Part shown: in pieces, positions 41,395-51,800 of the stretch
Numbering within the stretch: position 1 is the stretch's first letter
Layout: every line of letters begins with the position of its first letter
Assembly: GCA_963758525.1 (NCBI GenBank)
Contig: CAVWVQ010000002.1
Location: forward strand, 96,001 to 160,000
Length of the DNA stretch: 64,000 nt
Direction of reading: 5' to 3'
Origin: an uncultured Phycisphaerales bacterium
GTDB lineage: Bacteria; Planctomycetota; Phycisphaerae; Tepidisphaerales; Tepidisphaeraceae
The notes under the pieces: model-generated
The model's database searches: none
Seen by the model: the letters and a program-made list of their open reading frames with translations, nothing else
Told to the model about the DNA's origin: nothing
Program-made: the position numbers and the translations under genes

Positions 41395-41406
41395 GAGTAA
41401 CACCCG

Positions 41407-41808
41407 GTGCAGACACGCGAGCATGACGGAATCATCGATCGGGCCAGTTCTCATTCCGTCGCGCAGACAGTCGAGCGCGTATTGGCCATCCTTCGCGAGA
41501 AAGGCATCACTCTCTTCGCACAGATCGATCACAGCGGCGAAGCGCACAAAGCCGGCTTTGCGATGCGGCCGACGATGCTGCTTATCTTCGGCAATCCCAA
41601 GGGAGGCACCCCGCTGATGCTGGCTTCGCCGAGCAGTGCGATCGACTTGCCGCTGAAGCTTCTGGTGTGGGAGGATGCCGGGGGGCAAGTCTGGATTTCG
41701 TTCAACTCCTCCGACTACTTGCGCGATCGGCATCATCTGCCGAAGGAATTGCTGGGGAACATCGCGGTTGTGTCGGTGCTGGCGGAGCGGGCTGCGTCCG
41801 CTCTTTAG
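41407..41808 (+). CDS. DUF302 domain protein
   Basis: FAQIDHS, LLIFGNPKGGTPLM, IDLPLKLLVWED; RBS AGGAG. Confidence 0.88.
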   Translation: MQTREHDGIIDRASSHSVAQTVERVLAILREKGITLFAQIDHSGEAHKAGFAMRPTMLLIFGNPKGGTPLMLASPSSAIDLPLKLLVWEDAGGQVWISFNSSDYLRDRHHLPKELLGNIAVVSVLAERAASAL

Positions 41809-41845
41809 AGCGGTTGTGGTAAAAATATCCCTGAGGCCACCACGC

Positions 41846-41869
41846 AGCCGCGGATGTACATCCGCGGCT
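41846..41869. repeat. Perfect 24-bp palindrome
   Basis: AGCCGCGGATGTACATCCGCGGCT between convergent genes. Confidence 0.8.
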
Positions 41870-41921
41870 TAATGTATGCGGAGTCGCGGTTTGGACGAAG
41901 GACGCGGTAACCGCGCTTTGT

Positions 41922-42623
41922 TCATTCGAAATCGGAAATGTGAGCCCGCGTGACCCGGGCGCGCCCGTCCGCTTGCCATAGGCGTCCGCTGACCGCATCG
42001 AGGCAGGTGAGCATTCCCCCACCGCAGGCGTGCGTATCCAGGCAAACAGCAAATCCTTTATTCGCGGGCTTCCCCGACTTCTGCGGAGTATGGCCGCACA
42101 CAATCACTTTCCCCGATTCGTGCGGCGAAATATTCTCAAACCGTTCCCACCTCAACATATAGTCCGGCTGCTCCGCCATCGGGACATCAGCGTAGGCGCT
42201 GGCATGGACGAAAATATGCGTGTCGATCTCCAGGTAGTCGACCAGCCCGTTCGAGAGAAATATCCAGTGCTCCTCCGGCACATCGCGCGACGTTGCCCGA
42301 ACCCCACCGTACGATTGCAGCGTCGCATCCCCGCCGTTGAGGAGCCAATCTGAACGGGCGTCATGGGACTCGCGCGCCGCCAGCATCATTTGCTCGTGGT
42401 TCCCCATGATCGCGGTCACGCGGCGCAACTGCGCGGTCTTGAGAACCAGTTGGAGAACGCCCGCAGAGTCTGGACCACGATCGACAAGATCGCCAAGGAG
42501 TACGAGATGGTCGTCGGCCGCTGGCGCCGTCGCTTGCAGCAATGCTTCAAATTGCGCGAGGCAGCCGTGGATATCACCGATGACCAGCGTCCGAGAATTC
42601 AACGATTTCCTCCGAAGCGCCAC
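41922..42623 (-). CDS. Metallophosphoesterase (PPP-family Ser/Thr phosphatase-like)
   Basis: GDIHG, GDLVDRG, GNHE, FVHA, GHT motifs. Confidence 0.9.
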   Translation of the reverse strand: MALRRKSLNSRTLVIGDIHGCLAQFEALLQATAPAADDHLVLLGDLVDRGPDSAGVLQLVLKTAQLRRVTAIMGNHEQMMLAARESHDARSDWLLNGGDATLQSYGGVRATSRDVPEEHWIFLSNGLVDYLEIDTHIFVHASAYADVPMAEQPDYMLRWERFENISPHESGKVIVCGHTPQKSGKPANKGFAVCLDTHACGGGMLTCLDAVSGRLWQADGRARVTRAHISDFE

Positions 42624-42633
42624 CGGATCATGT

Positions 42634-44005
42634 TTAAATCAGCGGCGAAAAGAGCCGCGCGGCGGTCTCGATCACGCGCCGGATCCGCCCCGCCACCGGC
42701 GGTCCGTCCGCGGCATCCTTCACGGTGTCGCCAAACCATTGCGCCAATCGACGGATTTCAGCTTCCCCGGTGAGGAAGAGCGATACTTCGTAGTCGAGGA
42801 AGAGGCTGCGCATGTCAAAATTCGCGGACCCGACGGCGGCGACCGAGTCGTCGCTGAGCACGGCCTTGGCGTGCATCATGCGCGGGACGCGCCGCACTCT
42901 CACCCCCGCGTCGGCAAGATCTCGCAAATACGGGCCGCCCACCAGATCGGCGACGGGGTGGTTCGACCGGTTCGGCACGATCACCATCACGTCCACGCCC
43001 CGGCGGGCCGCCACGCTCAGCGCCCGGGCCAGCGGCTCGTCGGGAACGAAGTACGGCGTCGCCACCCAGAACCGCCGCTCGGCGCGGAAAATCAGCGTGA
43101 GCATCGCGTCGTAAATCGGATCGCTCGCGGAGTCTGGGCCGCTGGGAACGACGCAAATGGGGACGGGGCCGCCGGCGCTGGCGGTCTGCGGCGATGGAAG
43201 CACTTCCCTGCAGGCAAACTCCCAATCCGCGCGGAAGATGGCGTCCAGCGTCGCCGCGCCCTGGCCGCTGATGAGCACCGAAAGATCGCGCCAGCGATCG
43301 GGGTTCGGGCGCGGGCCCATATATTCGTCGGCATAGTTCATCCCGCCGGTGATCGCGCGTTGGCCGTCGAAGACGGCGATCTTTCGGTGATTCCGGAGGT
43401 TGGCCTGGCCGCGGAAGGGAATATGCACGAGCGGCATGAAGCTCTCGATCCGGCCCCCCGCCGCTTTGAGCCGGGCCAGCGCGTTCCGCGGCGCTTCGAA
43501 GCGAAGCAGATCGTCAAGCAGAAGGCGGACTTCAACGCCCTCGCGCTCGTCGCGTCAGCGCCTCGACAATGGATATTCCCGTCGGATCGTTGCGCATGAC
43601 GTAGGTGACGATCCGGATGGAGTGCTTCGCATTGAGAATTTCGTTGAGGACCGCGTCATAGGCGCGAACACCGTCATCTAGCCATTCGATCTTGTCGGCG
43701 CATTCCAGCTGGCCAAGACCGTGCGCCCCAGCGAGGCCGGGAACGTTGGAAAGTTCCGCCGGCGCCGTTCCGCGTCGCACCGGGAGGTGAGACTTGGTAT
43801 TGGCCTGATGCTTGAACTTGCGGCCGCCAAACATGAGGTAGCTGGGAATTCCCAGATACGGGATGAGGATGATCGCCAGGAGCCACGCAAAGGCGCTTCC
43901 CGTCGGCCGGCGTTGCCGGAGCACCGACGCGGCAAACCAGAAGACCAGCAAATCGACACCCACTGTGAGTACGTGGTGTTCGACCGCCCAGCGAAAGAAG
44001 GCCAT
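42634..44005 (-). CDS. cls: Cardiolipin synthase / phospholipase D (frameshift near 43545)
   Basis: N-terminal AWLLAIILIPYLG, HKD motifs RNHRKIAVFD and MHAKAVLSD, TPYFVPD, GSANFDMRS. Confidence 0.88.
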
Positions 44006-44070
44006 GGCGGAAGTAGAATGGAAGCCGGCTTTAGGGTAAAGGTCCGCAAAGGCACAACGTGAAGTGAGTC

Positions 44071-45576
44071 TCAAAACGAAGTCGTGGTTGGCCGCAGCAG
44101 TATCGTCGGCGGCTCCTGATAGTTGCCGATGCGCTGCCCGATGAGCGCTGATTGCCGCGGGATGAGATACGTGATGAAGGCGGCCAGCAGCAGCCAGTTG
44201 AAGATCATCGCGGCCCAGACGCTGGCTCTGGCGAGGCGGCGCCAACCGGGGGAGAGATTCATCATCCAGTCAAATCCAAACGCGAGGCCGATGATGAAAA
44301 TGCCGCTGAAATCGATGAACGCCCGTGCGCCGAAGGCCTTGCCAAACCACCAGGCATACCACGAACTGTTGATGTACCACAGCGCGGCAAACGTCAGCGG
44401 GAGCGCGATGAGAAACCCATCACGAGACGCACCTTGTCGCGCGATTCGGTGAGCATAACCCCACACGCCAAGCAGAAGCACCGGCGACCAGAAGAACAGC
44501 CCGTGGTTGCTGGACAACATCGTCTGCCACAGCGCCGGATGCGCCCAATGGAATACCTCGCTGGCGCGATACCCGCCCATGCCTCCCCCGACGATGGCGT
44601 TGCGCGGGGCGAGGATGTGCCAGGTGATCAGTTGCAGCACGATCGGGAACGCCGCGAGTATCATGAGCGGCACGTATTTCAGAGCTTTGGTGAACAACCC
44701 GGCGCGAAGCGTCACAATCAGCGGCCAGGCGATCACGATCAATGTCACAACGTTGGTCGTTCGGCAGATGATCGACATCGAAAACGTGAAAACGATCGCG
44801 GGCCAGTGCCACCAGACAACACGCCCCTCGGCAGCCGAGCGGCTGATCCGATCCGCCAATAGAATCGTGAACATCACCCACGCCGCGGCAATCGCGTGAG
44901 CCATGAACGGCTCGCGGAAGAGGTAATACGCCCAACTGCTGCCCAGCGCGTAGACCACGGCGCCCGCCGCGATCGCGCGGCCGGGGACGTGGAAGCGTCG
45001 GGTCAGCACGTCGTCGGCGGCCGCCAGCATGCACCAGCCGAGCAGCATCACCATCCCCACGCAGAGGAACTGGTAGAGCAGGGAATATCCGTTGGGCGCA
45101 ATCAGGGACGAAGTGGTGAAATGATGAAACGCCAGAGACAACGCGTGACCTGCCAGGAATGCGGGCGCGAGCGTCATTGCCACTCCGGTCGGCCAATGAT
45201 CGCACATGCCCAGCGGGGTCTGCGGAAATTCGTAAGAATCGATCGGATGCACCCCCGAATGCCAGAGAATCTGCCGCCGAAAATCGAGGTTTCCGTCGAG
45301 CACGAGCGAAGGCATGTACACCCAGTACCCCTCCGCGTCGGTCACCACGAAGTCTAGCGGTTCGTGCGACTTGTGCGACTTAACCGCCTGGAACGTCCAT
45401 GCGAGGACGAAGAGCCCCGCAACGATCAGGGCGTAGAGACGGCGGCGGCCGCCGGCGCTGGACAGATCGAATGGGCCCGAGGCTGCGGACGAGCGGCGGC
45501 GCTCGCCGGTTGGGTTGAGCGACCAACGAGACTCTGCCAGTTCAGCATCGATGGACTGTGCGGCGGAAGAGTTCAT
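44071..45576 (-). CDS. Polytopic membrane protein, GT-C-like glycosyltransferase
   Basis: DAEGYWVY..SLVLDGNLD, HGLFFWSPV, WYAWWFG..FGARAF; about 11 TMs. Confidence 0.65.
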   Translation of the reverse strand: MNSSAAQSIDAELAESRWSLNPTGERRRSSAASGPFDLSSAGGRRRLYALIVAGLFVLAWTFQAVKSHKSHEPLDFVVTDAEGYWVYMPSLVLDGNLDFRRQILWHSGVHPIDSYEFPQTPLGMCDHWPTGVAMTLAPAFLAGHALSLAFHHFTTSSLIAPNGYSLLYQFLCVGMVMLLGWCMLAAADDVLTRRFHVPGRAIAAGAVVYALGSSWAYYLFREPFMAHAIAAAWVMFTILLADRISRSAAEGRVVWWHWPAIVFTFSMSIICRTTNVVTLIVIAWPLIVTLRAGLFTKALKYVPLMILAAFPIVLQLITWHILAPRNAIVGGGMGGYRASEVFHWAHPALWQTMLSSNHGLFFWSPVLLLGVWGYAHRIARQGASRDGFLIALPLTFAALWYINSSWYAWWFGKAFGARAFIDFSGIFIIGLAFGFDWMMNLSPGWRRLARASVWAAMIFNWLLLAAFITYLIPRQSALIGQRIGNYQEPPTILLRPTTTSF

Positions 45577-45691
45577 GTACTACAGAAGATCGGCGGCGCA
45601 ATCCCCGGCATTGCTATGGAAATACGCGACGTGCGCCAATGAGCTTTCAGTCAGTATCGCGTGGAGTTACGGGACGCTGCGCGATCGCGCG

Positions 45692-46298
45692 TCAATTCTC
45701 CTCCGGCGCGGAGGGCCGCGGAACCGGGGCCGGGGGCGTCAGCGGAGCCGAGCGGGGCTCGGGGACGCTCGTCCACTTGCGCCGTTTTCGCAGCGCTTCG
45801 GCAAACAGTTGAACGACCAGGGCCAACACGCAGCCGATGACAACCGAGCCGAGTCGTTGCGTGCCTGAGGTGACGACGGCATTGGGGTGGCTGAGCATGA
45901 TAATGATCAGCGACACGCAAGCTGTTCGCAGGCCCAGATCGAGCCGCAATCGCTCGCAGACAAGAACCACGATGACCAGCGCGACAAGCATCTGCCAGAC
46001 TCCATCGCCAAAAAAGCGGGCCATCAGAATCCCGACCAGGCCGGCAACGGTATTTGCCAGCACCCGCACGACAGTGGCGGCGATCGACTGCTCGAAGGCG
46101 GGCTGAATGACCAGCACCGCCGACACCAGCGCCCACATCACCGATTGAGCTTGAAAGTAGCGATATCCCATGAGCAGAAGGCCGACCGTCACCACCACCT
46201 GCGCAGTACATGGCCGCGGTGCGAAGACTGTCGCGCGTCGGTCGCGGCTCCGAGCGGATGAGCCGGAGAATGGCCTGGCGTTCGTGAGGTTCGAGCAT
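45692..46298 (-). CDS. FUSC/aromatic acid exporter-like membrane protein (frameshift near 46200)
   Basis: WALVSAVLVIQP, RVLANTVAG, RTACVSLIII, RLGSVVIG. Confidence 0.7.
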
Positions 46299-46431
46299 GG
46301 AGACGGGAGGTTACCCGGAGAAGCGAAAACAAGGCAGAGGCATCCTGGATCACCGTGGCGAAGCTTTGCTCTTCGCGAATTTCGATGATATTTTCCCCCA
46401 TGATCATGCTGTCATTCTTCCGGGAGCGATC

Positions 46432-48288
46432 ATGAAGCTGTGGATTGCAGGACTCGTCGTGCTGTTTGCAAGCGTCTGTCCAGGCGCGCCGGCAACTCGG
46501 CCGGCATCTCATTCAAGCGGGGCGACGCTGCCGGCGCCGGGCGACTTGATCCGTCAGATGCGAGCCGCCGAGGCGAAGAAGGCGGCGCTGACGAAGGTGG
46601 CGTTCTTCGATCTTGATCTGCCGGTGGTGGAGAAGCCGTCTGATTTTTCCCTCTTCGGCTCGGACGCGACGATGACGCTGCGCAATTTCATCGACCGCCT
46701 TCACCACGCGCGCGATGACAAGCAGATTCACGCCGTTCTGATCACCCTGGGAGATCACGGGCTGAATATGGCGCAGGCACAGGAAGTGCGGCAGGCGCTG
46801 ACGGAAATCCGCCGCGCGGGCAAACGGACGTTTGTCTATGCCGATTCATACGACACGCCGGGGTACATCGTCGCCAGCAGCGCCACGGATGTCTGCCTGC
46901 TGCAAGGCGGCGACATCATGATTCCCGGCGTCGGGCTCGAGGCAACGTTTTACAAGGGATTGTTCGACAAGCTGGGCGTGCAGGCCGACTACGTGCAAAT
47001 CGGTGAATACAAAGGCGCCGACGAGGAGTACACGCGCACCGGCGCCAGCGACGAACTCAAGGGTGAGTTCAACAAGCTCACGGAGTCGCTCTACGATCAG
47101 TTGATCGACGGCATCAGCCTCGAGCGCAATCTGCCGCGACAGACGGTGGCGCAACTGGTGGACGACTCGATCATCCCCGCCGTCACGGCGAAAGATCGCG
47201 GGCTGGTCGATCATCTGACCGATCAGGACAGCCTTCGTTCTCTCCTGGCGAAGGAACTCGGCAACGACGTCGATCTGGTGCACGACTATGGGGCTGCCGC
47301 CCGGCAGAACATCGATCTCTCCAGCCCCCTGGCACTGTTCCAACTGTTCAAGCAACCCGTGCAGGAAACGGATAAGCCACAGATCGCACTCATCTACGCA
47401 GATGGGGTCATCGCCGACGGCGAGGGAGATTCCGGGCTGTTCAGCGAGGCTGGAATCGCATCTGAGCCGATGCGCCGGGCGTTTCGCACTGCGCTGCGCG
47501 ACGACAACATCAAAGCCGTGGTGCTTCGGATAGACTCGCCGGGCGGTAGCGCGCTAGCCAGCGAGGTGATATGGCAGGCCGCGCGGCATCTTTCCGGGAA
47601 GAAGCCGCTGATCATCAGCGTCGGTTCGATGGCCGCCAGCGGCGGATACTATCTGGCCAGCGCCGGCGATTACATCTTTGCGGACCCGGCCGCGATCGTG
47701 GGATCGATCGGTGTCGTGGGAGGCAAGTTCGTCATTCACGATTTGTACGACAAGCTGGGCTTGAAGACCGAAGCCTTCACGCGCGGCGCCAACGCCGGGC
47801 TCTTCAGCTCAAGCCAGCCGTTTACCGATCGGCAGCGCAGAATGGTCACGAACTGGATGCGCGGCACCTACGATCAGTTCACCCAGCGCGTCATGACCAC
47901 CCGCACCGGCAAGATCAAGGACATCGATCAGGTTGCCCGGGGCAGAATCTTCACCGCCAGGCAGGCACAGGATCTGGGCATGGTCGACGAAATCGGCGGC
48001 ATAGAAGACGCCATCGCGTACACGGCAAAGAAGGTTCAGTTGGAGGCCGGGGCCTACGACGTGCGCATCCTGCCAGCGCCCCGCACATTGGCCGATCTCT
48101 TTGGAATGGGCGCCGGACCTGACGCCGCGTACCCCTTTCAGCCGAAACTCCAAGTCAGCGCCGATTCGATCTTGAACGTACTGCCGCCTGCTGCCCGGGA
48201 GATCCTGGTGCGTCAACTGCAGACATTCCGGCTGATCGAGGCGCATCCGGTGGTGCTGGTATCACCGTATGTCGTGACGTGGAAATGA
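46432..48288 (+). CDS. sppA: Signal peptide peptidase SppA (long, two-domain form)
   Basis: GEYKGADE, VLRIDSPGGSALASE, MAASGGYY, GSIGV, GRIFTARQA. Confidence 0.92.
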   Translation: MKLWIAGLVVLFASVCPGAPATRPASHSSGATLPAPGDLIRQMRAAEAKKAALTKVAFFDLDLPVVEKPSDFSLFGSDATMTLRNFIDRLHHARDDKQIHAVLITLGDHGLNMAQAQEVRQALTEIRRAGKRTFVYADSYDTPGYIVASSATDVCLLQGGDIMIPGVGLEATFYKGLFDKLGVQADYVQIGEYKGADEEYTRTGASDELKGEFNKLTESLYDQLIDGISLERNLPRQTVAQLVDDSIIPAVTAKDRGLVDHLTDQDSLRSLLAKELGNDVDLVHDYGAAARQNIDLSSPLALFQLFKQPVQETDKPQIALIYADGVIADGEGDSGLFSEAGIASEPMRRAFRTALRDDNIKAVVLRIDSPGGSALASEVIWQAARHLSGKKPLIISVGSMAASGGYYLASAGDYIFADPAAIVGSIGVVGGKFVIHDLYDKLGLKTEAFTRGANAGLFSSSQPFTDRQRRMVTNWMRGTYDQFTQRVMTTRTGKIKDIDQVARGRIFTARQAQDLGMVDEIGGIEDAIAYTAKKVQLEAGAYDVRILPAPRTLADLFGMGAGPDAAYPFQPKLQVSADSILNVLPPAAREILVRQLQTFRLIEAHPVVLVSPYVVTWK

Positions 48289-48350
48289 TTTGGAATTTGA
48301 AACGTGAGTGGATTTGAAATTTGAGATCTGAGATTTCGAGATTTAAAATC
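48289..48350. repeat. Heptamer tandem repeats (ATTTGAA/ATTTGAG)
   Basis: TTTGGAATTTGAAA...ATTTGAAATTTGAGATCTGAGATTTCGAGATTTAAAATC. Confidence 0.7.
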
Positions 48351-48379
48351 TCCGATCCTCCCCCTTCTTGGATTCCTCC

Positions 48380-48910
48380 ATGTTCGGTCTGAGCAAGGGC
48401 GATCAGCCGGTGGATGTGCAGGTCAGCAAACGCCTGTGCACCGACAAATTCAACGGCAAATACCCGCACGTCGGCCTCTACGACTGCCGGGCGCGCAAGG
48501 TCTGGATCAGCAAACCCTTGGGCGGGCAGGCGATTCGCACGTCGCACGCCCGGCTCATCACCGGCTCCGACAACGCCACCTCCACCGCCTGGAAAGATCG
48601 GTTCATCTGTTTCTGGTTCTACACCCCCCAGACTGGAGAAGGATACATCCACGGCTATCCAATCGACTGGGAAGAGGCGCATCTGCTCGTCCGCATCGAT
48701 CCCAACTGGGATTACGACCGCCAGCAGCCCGTCCCGCCTCACCTGGAAGACCACGTGAATGCCAACCTCGAACGACAGTTCAGACACGGCGACAAAATCG
48801 TCGAGTTCTTCCGTCTCTCCCGCCTGAAATATCCATTCAGCCTGCATTTTGTCGGGCAGCGGGCCGCCGACTCCCTGTTTTACGTGAAGCGGATCGAGCC
48901 GACGGCTTAA
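48380..48910 (+). CDS. Hypothetical protein (176 aa, no recognised family)
   Basis: Typical codon usage; same strand as sppA and glgP. Confidence 0.75.
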   Translation: MFGLSKGDQPVDVQVSKRLCTDKFNGKYPHVGLYDCRARKVWISKPLGGQAIRTSHARLITGSDNATSTAWKDRFICFWFYTPQTGEGYIHGYPIDWEEAHLLVRIDPNWDYDRQQPVPPHLEDHVNANLERQFRHGDKIVEFFRLSRLKYPFSLHFVGQRAADSLFYVKRIEPTA

Positions 48911-49075
48911 GGGAGTCCTCCCTTCGCCCAAGCTGGCTTTTCGCGAATCCGCCAGTATCTGGCCACCCCCCTGTGGCGACTCCCCTTGAATGGACCACAC
49001 CTTTGGGCTAGAAAAACGTCCAACCAAAACCGACTGGCGACCGACTGCACCACTCTAAATGCGAACAGGTGTCTT

Positions 49076-51646
49076 ATGGCTGATGGAACGACCCCCACGA
49101 TCCGAACGTTTCAGGTTTTTCCTGATGTGCCGGCGCCGCTGCAGCCGCTCATTGAGCTGGCGCACAATCTCTGGTGGGTCTGGCAGCCCGACGCCGTCGA
49201 GCTGTTCCGCCGGCTGGATCGCAAGCTCTGGGAAGACGTCTACCACAACCCGCTCAAGCTGCTGGGCGTCATCACGCAATCGAAGCTCGCAACGGCGGCG
49301 GATGATGACGGGTTCCTCGCGCACATGAACCGCGTCTACTCGGCCTTCAAGGAATATCTCGCCCAGCCCGGCTGGTATCACGATGCTCATGGTGACAAGC
49401 CGAAGCTGCTGGTCGCCTATTTTTCCGCGGAGTTCGGGCTGCACGAATCATTGCCGATTTACTCGGGGGGCCTGGGAATTCTTGCCGGCGATCATCTGAA
49501 GTCGGCCAGCGAGCTGGCGATGCCGCTGGTCGGCGTCGGGCTCCTCTATCGCAACGGATATTTCCAGCAATATCTGACTGCCGACGGCTGGCAGCAGGAA
49601 GCGTATCCGGAACTCGATTTCTACAACCTCGCGATCGAGCCGATGAAATACGCCGACGGCTCGCCTGTTCACATCCGCGTCGATTTCCCCGAGAACGCGG
49701 TCTTCTGCAAAGTGTGGCGCGCGCAGGTGGGGCGAATTCCCCTGTATCTGCTGGACACCAATCTGCAGGAGAACTCCCCCGCCGATCGCGAGATCACCAG
49801 CAAGCTGTACGGCGGCGGCACCGAAACCCGCATCAAGCAGGAAATCGTCCTGGGCATCGGCGGAGTCCGGGCTCTGGCCGCGATGAACATCACCCCCACC
49901 GTCTTCCACATGAACGAAGGCCACTCCGCCTTCCTCGCCCTGGAGCGCATTCGAACGCTTCTCGATGGAAAGTCGCTCTCGTTTGACGAGGTTCGTCAGG
50001 AGGTGATGGCGACCAACGTCTTCACGACCCACACCCCGGTGCCTGCCGGCATCGATACGTTCTCCCCCGACCTGGTTCTCAAGTACTTCCGCTCGTTCAT
50101 CCCGTTGCTCAAACTCGACGACGAGGGTTTCCTGGCGCTGGGCCGCGAGGACGTCTCCAACAAGAAGCAGGGCTTCTCGATGGCGCTGCTCGCCATTCGC
50201 CTCGCCGACCATATGAACGGCGTCAGCCAGCTTCACGGCGATGTCTCGCGCAAGATGTGGCACAACATCTGGCCGTCTGTTCCCGCCGACGAAGTGCCGA
50301 TCCGCCACATCACCAACGGCATTCACACCCGCACCTGGCTCTCGCAGGACCTGGCGTACATCCTCGACCGCTATCTCAGCAGCGAGTGGATGACCAACCC
50401 CTCAGACAACACCGTCTGGGAAGGCATCACGCAGATTCCCGACGAAGAACTCTGGCGCGCCCACGAACGCTCGCGTGCCCGCCTGGTCAGTTGGGCACGG
50501 CAAACCCTCCGCGACCAGCTCGTGCGCCGCGGCGCATCCTACGACGATGTCGCGTCGGCAGATCAGGTGCTCGATCCCGAGGCGCTGACCATCGGCTTTG
50601 CCCGTCGCTTTGCCACGTATAAGCGCGGCACGCTGCTCTTCCGCGACATGGACCGGCTGCGCAAACTCATCGAAGACTCGCGCCGCCCGATTCAGTTCCT
50701 CTTTGCCGGCAAGGCCCACCCCGCCGATCACGAAGGCAAAGACCTCATCAAGCAGATCGTCAATTTTGCCCGCGACCCGGCCGTGCGCCGCAAGATCGTC
50801 TTCATCGAGAACTACGACATGAATGTCGCCCGCTATCTCGTGCAGGGCGTCGACGTCTGGCTCAACACCCCGCGCCGCCCGTACGAAGCCTCCGGCACCA
50901 GCGGCATGAAAGCGGCCGCCAATGGCGTGCTCAATTGCTCCGTTCTCGACGGCTGGTGGGTCGAGGGCTACGAGCCCGACCTCGGCTGGGCGATCGGGCG
51001 CGGCGAAAGCTACAGCGATCCCAATTACCAGGATCATGTCGAGAGCCTGGCGCTCTACGATCTGCTCGAAAAGGAAATCATCCCCACGTTCTACGCGCGC
51101 GGCGTCGATAACAACCCGCGCGAGTGGATCAGCCGCATGAAGAACTGCATGCGCCGCCTGGCCCCGGTGTTCAACACCAACCGCATGGTGCGCAACTACA
51201 CCGAGAAGTTTTACATTCCCGCCCTCGATCGCGGCGAAGTCCTCGCCGCCGATTCCCTCAAGCGCGCCATCGCGCTGTCTCATACAAAGGACAACCTGCA
51301 TCTCCGCTGGGGCGGGATCAAGATCGTCGGGGTTCACACCAGCGGCAACGGTCATTTCAAAGTCGGCGACAGCATGCAGGTTGAAGCGATGGTCGATCTG
51401 CCAGGCTTGGTTCCCAGCGATCTGCTCGTGCAGCTCTACGCCGGCCCGATCAGCGCCAAGGGGGAAATCGAGCAGCCCCAGACGCTGGTCATGACGCTGG
51501 CTCGCACGCTGGCCGCCGATCGCCACCTGTTTGTCGGAAAGATTGACTGCCGCGTCAGCGGCCGTCAGGGCTTTGCCATCCGAGTGTTGCCAGGGAGCGC
51601 GGATCTGGTGACGCCGTTTGAGCCGGGATTGATCGTCTGGAATTGA
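49076..51646 (+). CDS. glgP: Alpha-glucan (glycogen/maltodextrin) phosphorylase
   Basis: YFSAEFG, YSGGLGILAGD, HMNEGH, FARRFATYKR, EASGTSGMKAAANG PLP motif. Confidence 0.95.
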   Translation: MADGTTPTIRTFQVFPDVPAPLQPLIELAHNLWWVWQPDAVELFRRLDRKLWEDVYHNPLKLLGVITQSKLATAADDDGFLAHMNRVYSAFKEYLAQPGWYHDAHGDKPKLLVAYFSAEFGLHESLPIYSGGLGILAGDHLKSASELAMPLVGVGLLYRNGYFQQYLTADGWQQEAYPELDFYNLAIEPMKYADGSPVHIRVDFPENAVFCKVWRAQVGRIPLYLLDTNLQENSPADREITSKLYGGGTETRIKQEIVLGIGGVRALAAMNITPTVFHMNEGHSAFLALERIRTLLDGKSLSFDEVRQEVMATNVFTTHTPVPAGIDTFSPDLVLKYFRSFIPLLKLDDEGFLALGREDVSNKKQGFSMALLAIRLADHMNGVSQLHGDVSRKMWHNIWPSVPADEVPIRHITNGIHTRTWLSQDLAYILDRYLSSEWMTNPSDNTVWEGITQIPDEELWRAHERSRARLVSWARQTLRDQLVRRGASYDDVASADQVLDPEALTIGFARRFATYKRGTLLFRDMDRLRKLIEDSRRPIQFLFAGKAHPADHEGKDLIKQIVNFARDPAVRRKIVFIENYDMNVARYLVQGVDVWLNTPRRPYEASGTSGMKAAANGVLNCSVLDGWWVEGYEPDLGWAIGRGESYSDPNYQDHVESLALYDLLEKEIIPTFYARGVDNNPREWISRMKNCMRRLAPVFNTNRMVRNYTEKFYIPALDRGEVLAADSLKRAIALSHTKDNLHLRWGGIKIVGVHTSGNGHFKVGDSMQVEAMVDLPGLVPSDLLVQLYAGPISAKGEIEQPQTLVMTLARTLAADRHLFVGKIDCRVSGRQGFAIRVLPGSADLVTPFEPGLIVWN

Positions 51647-51800
51647 TTCGTCAATCTCGACCGGTTACCGTCGGGTAAGGGCTTCGATCAGCCTCGCGTC
51701 AAGTCGTCGGGGAGTCAGCATGCGCCTGGTATCGTACTTCAAAACAGTCGGGGTGACTTTGCGCTGACCGAAGCGATGCCTCGGGTGAGGGAGGTGCCAC

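Noticed and set aside
48908..48988. AAGGGAGTC...GACTCCCCTT inverted ends upstream of glgP as a MITE or riboswitch
   Set aside because: Short and imperfect, single copy, no target duplication and no recognisable aptamer motif
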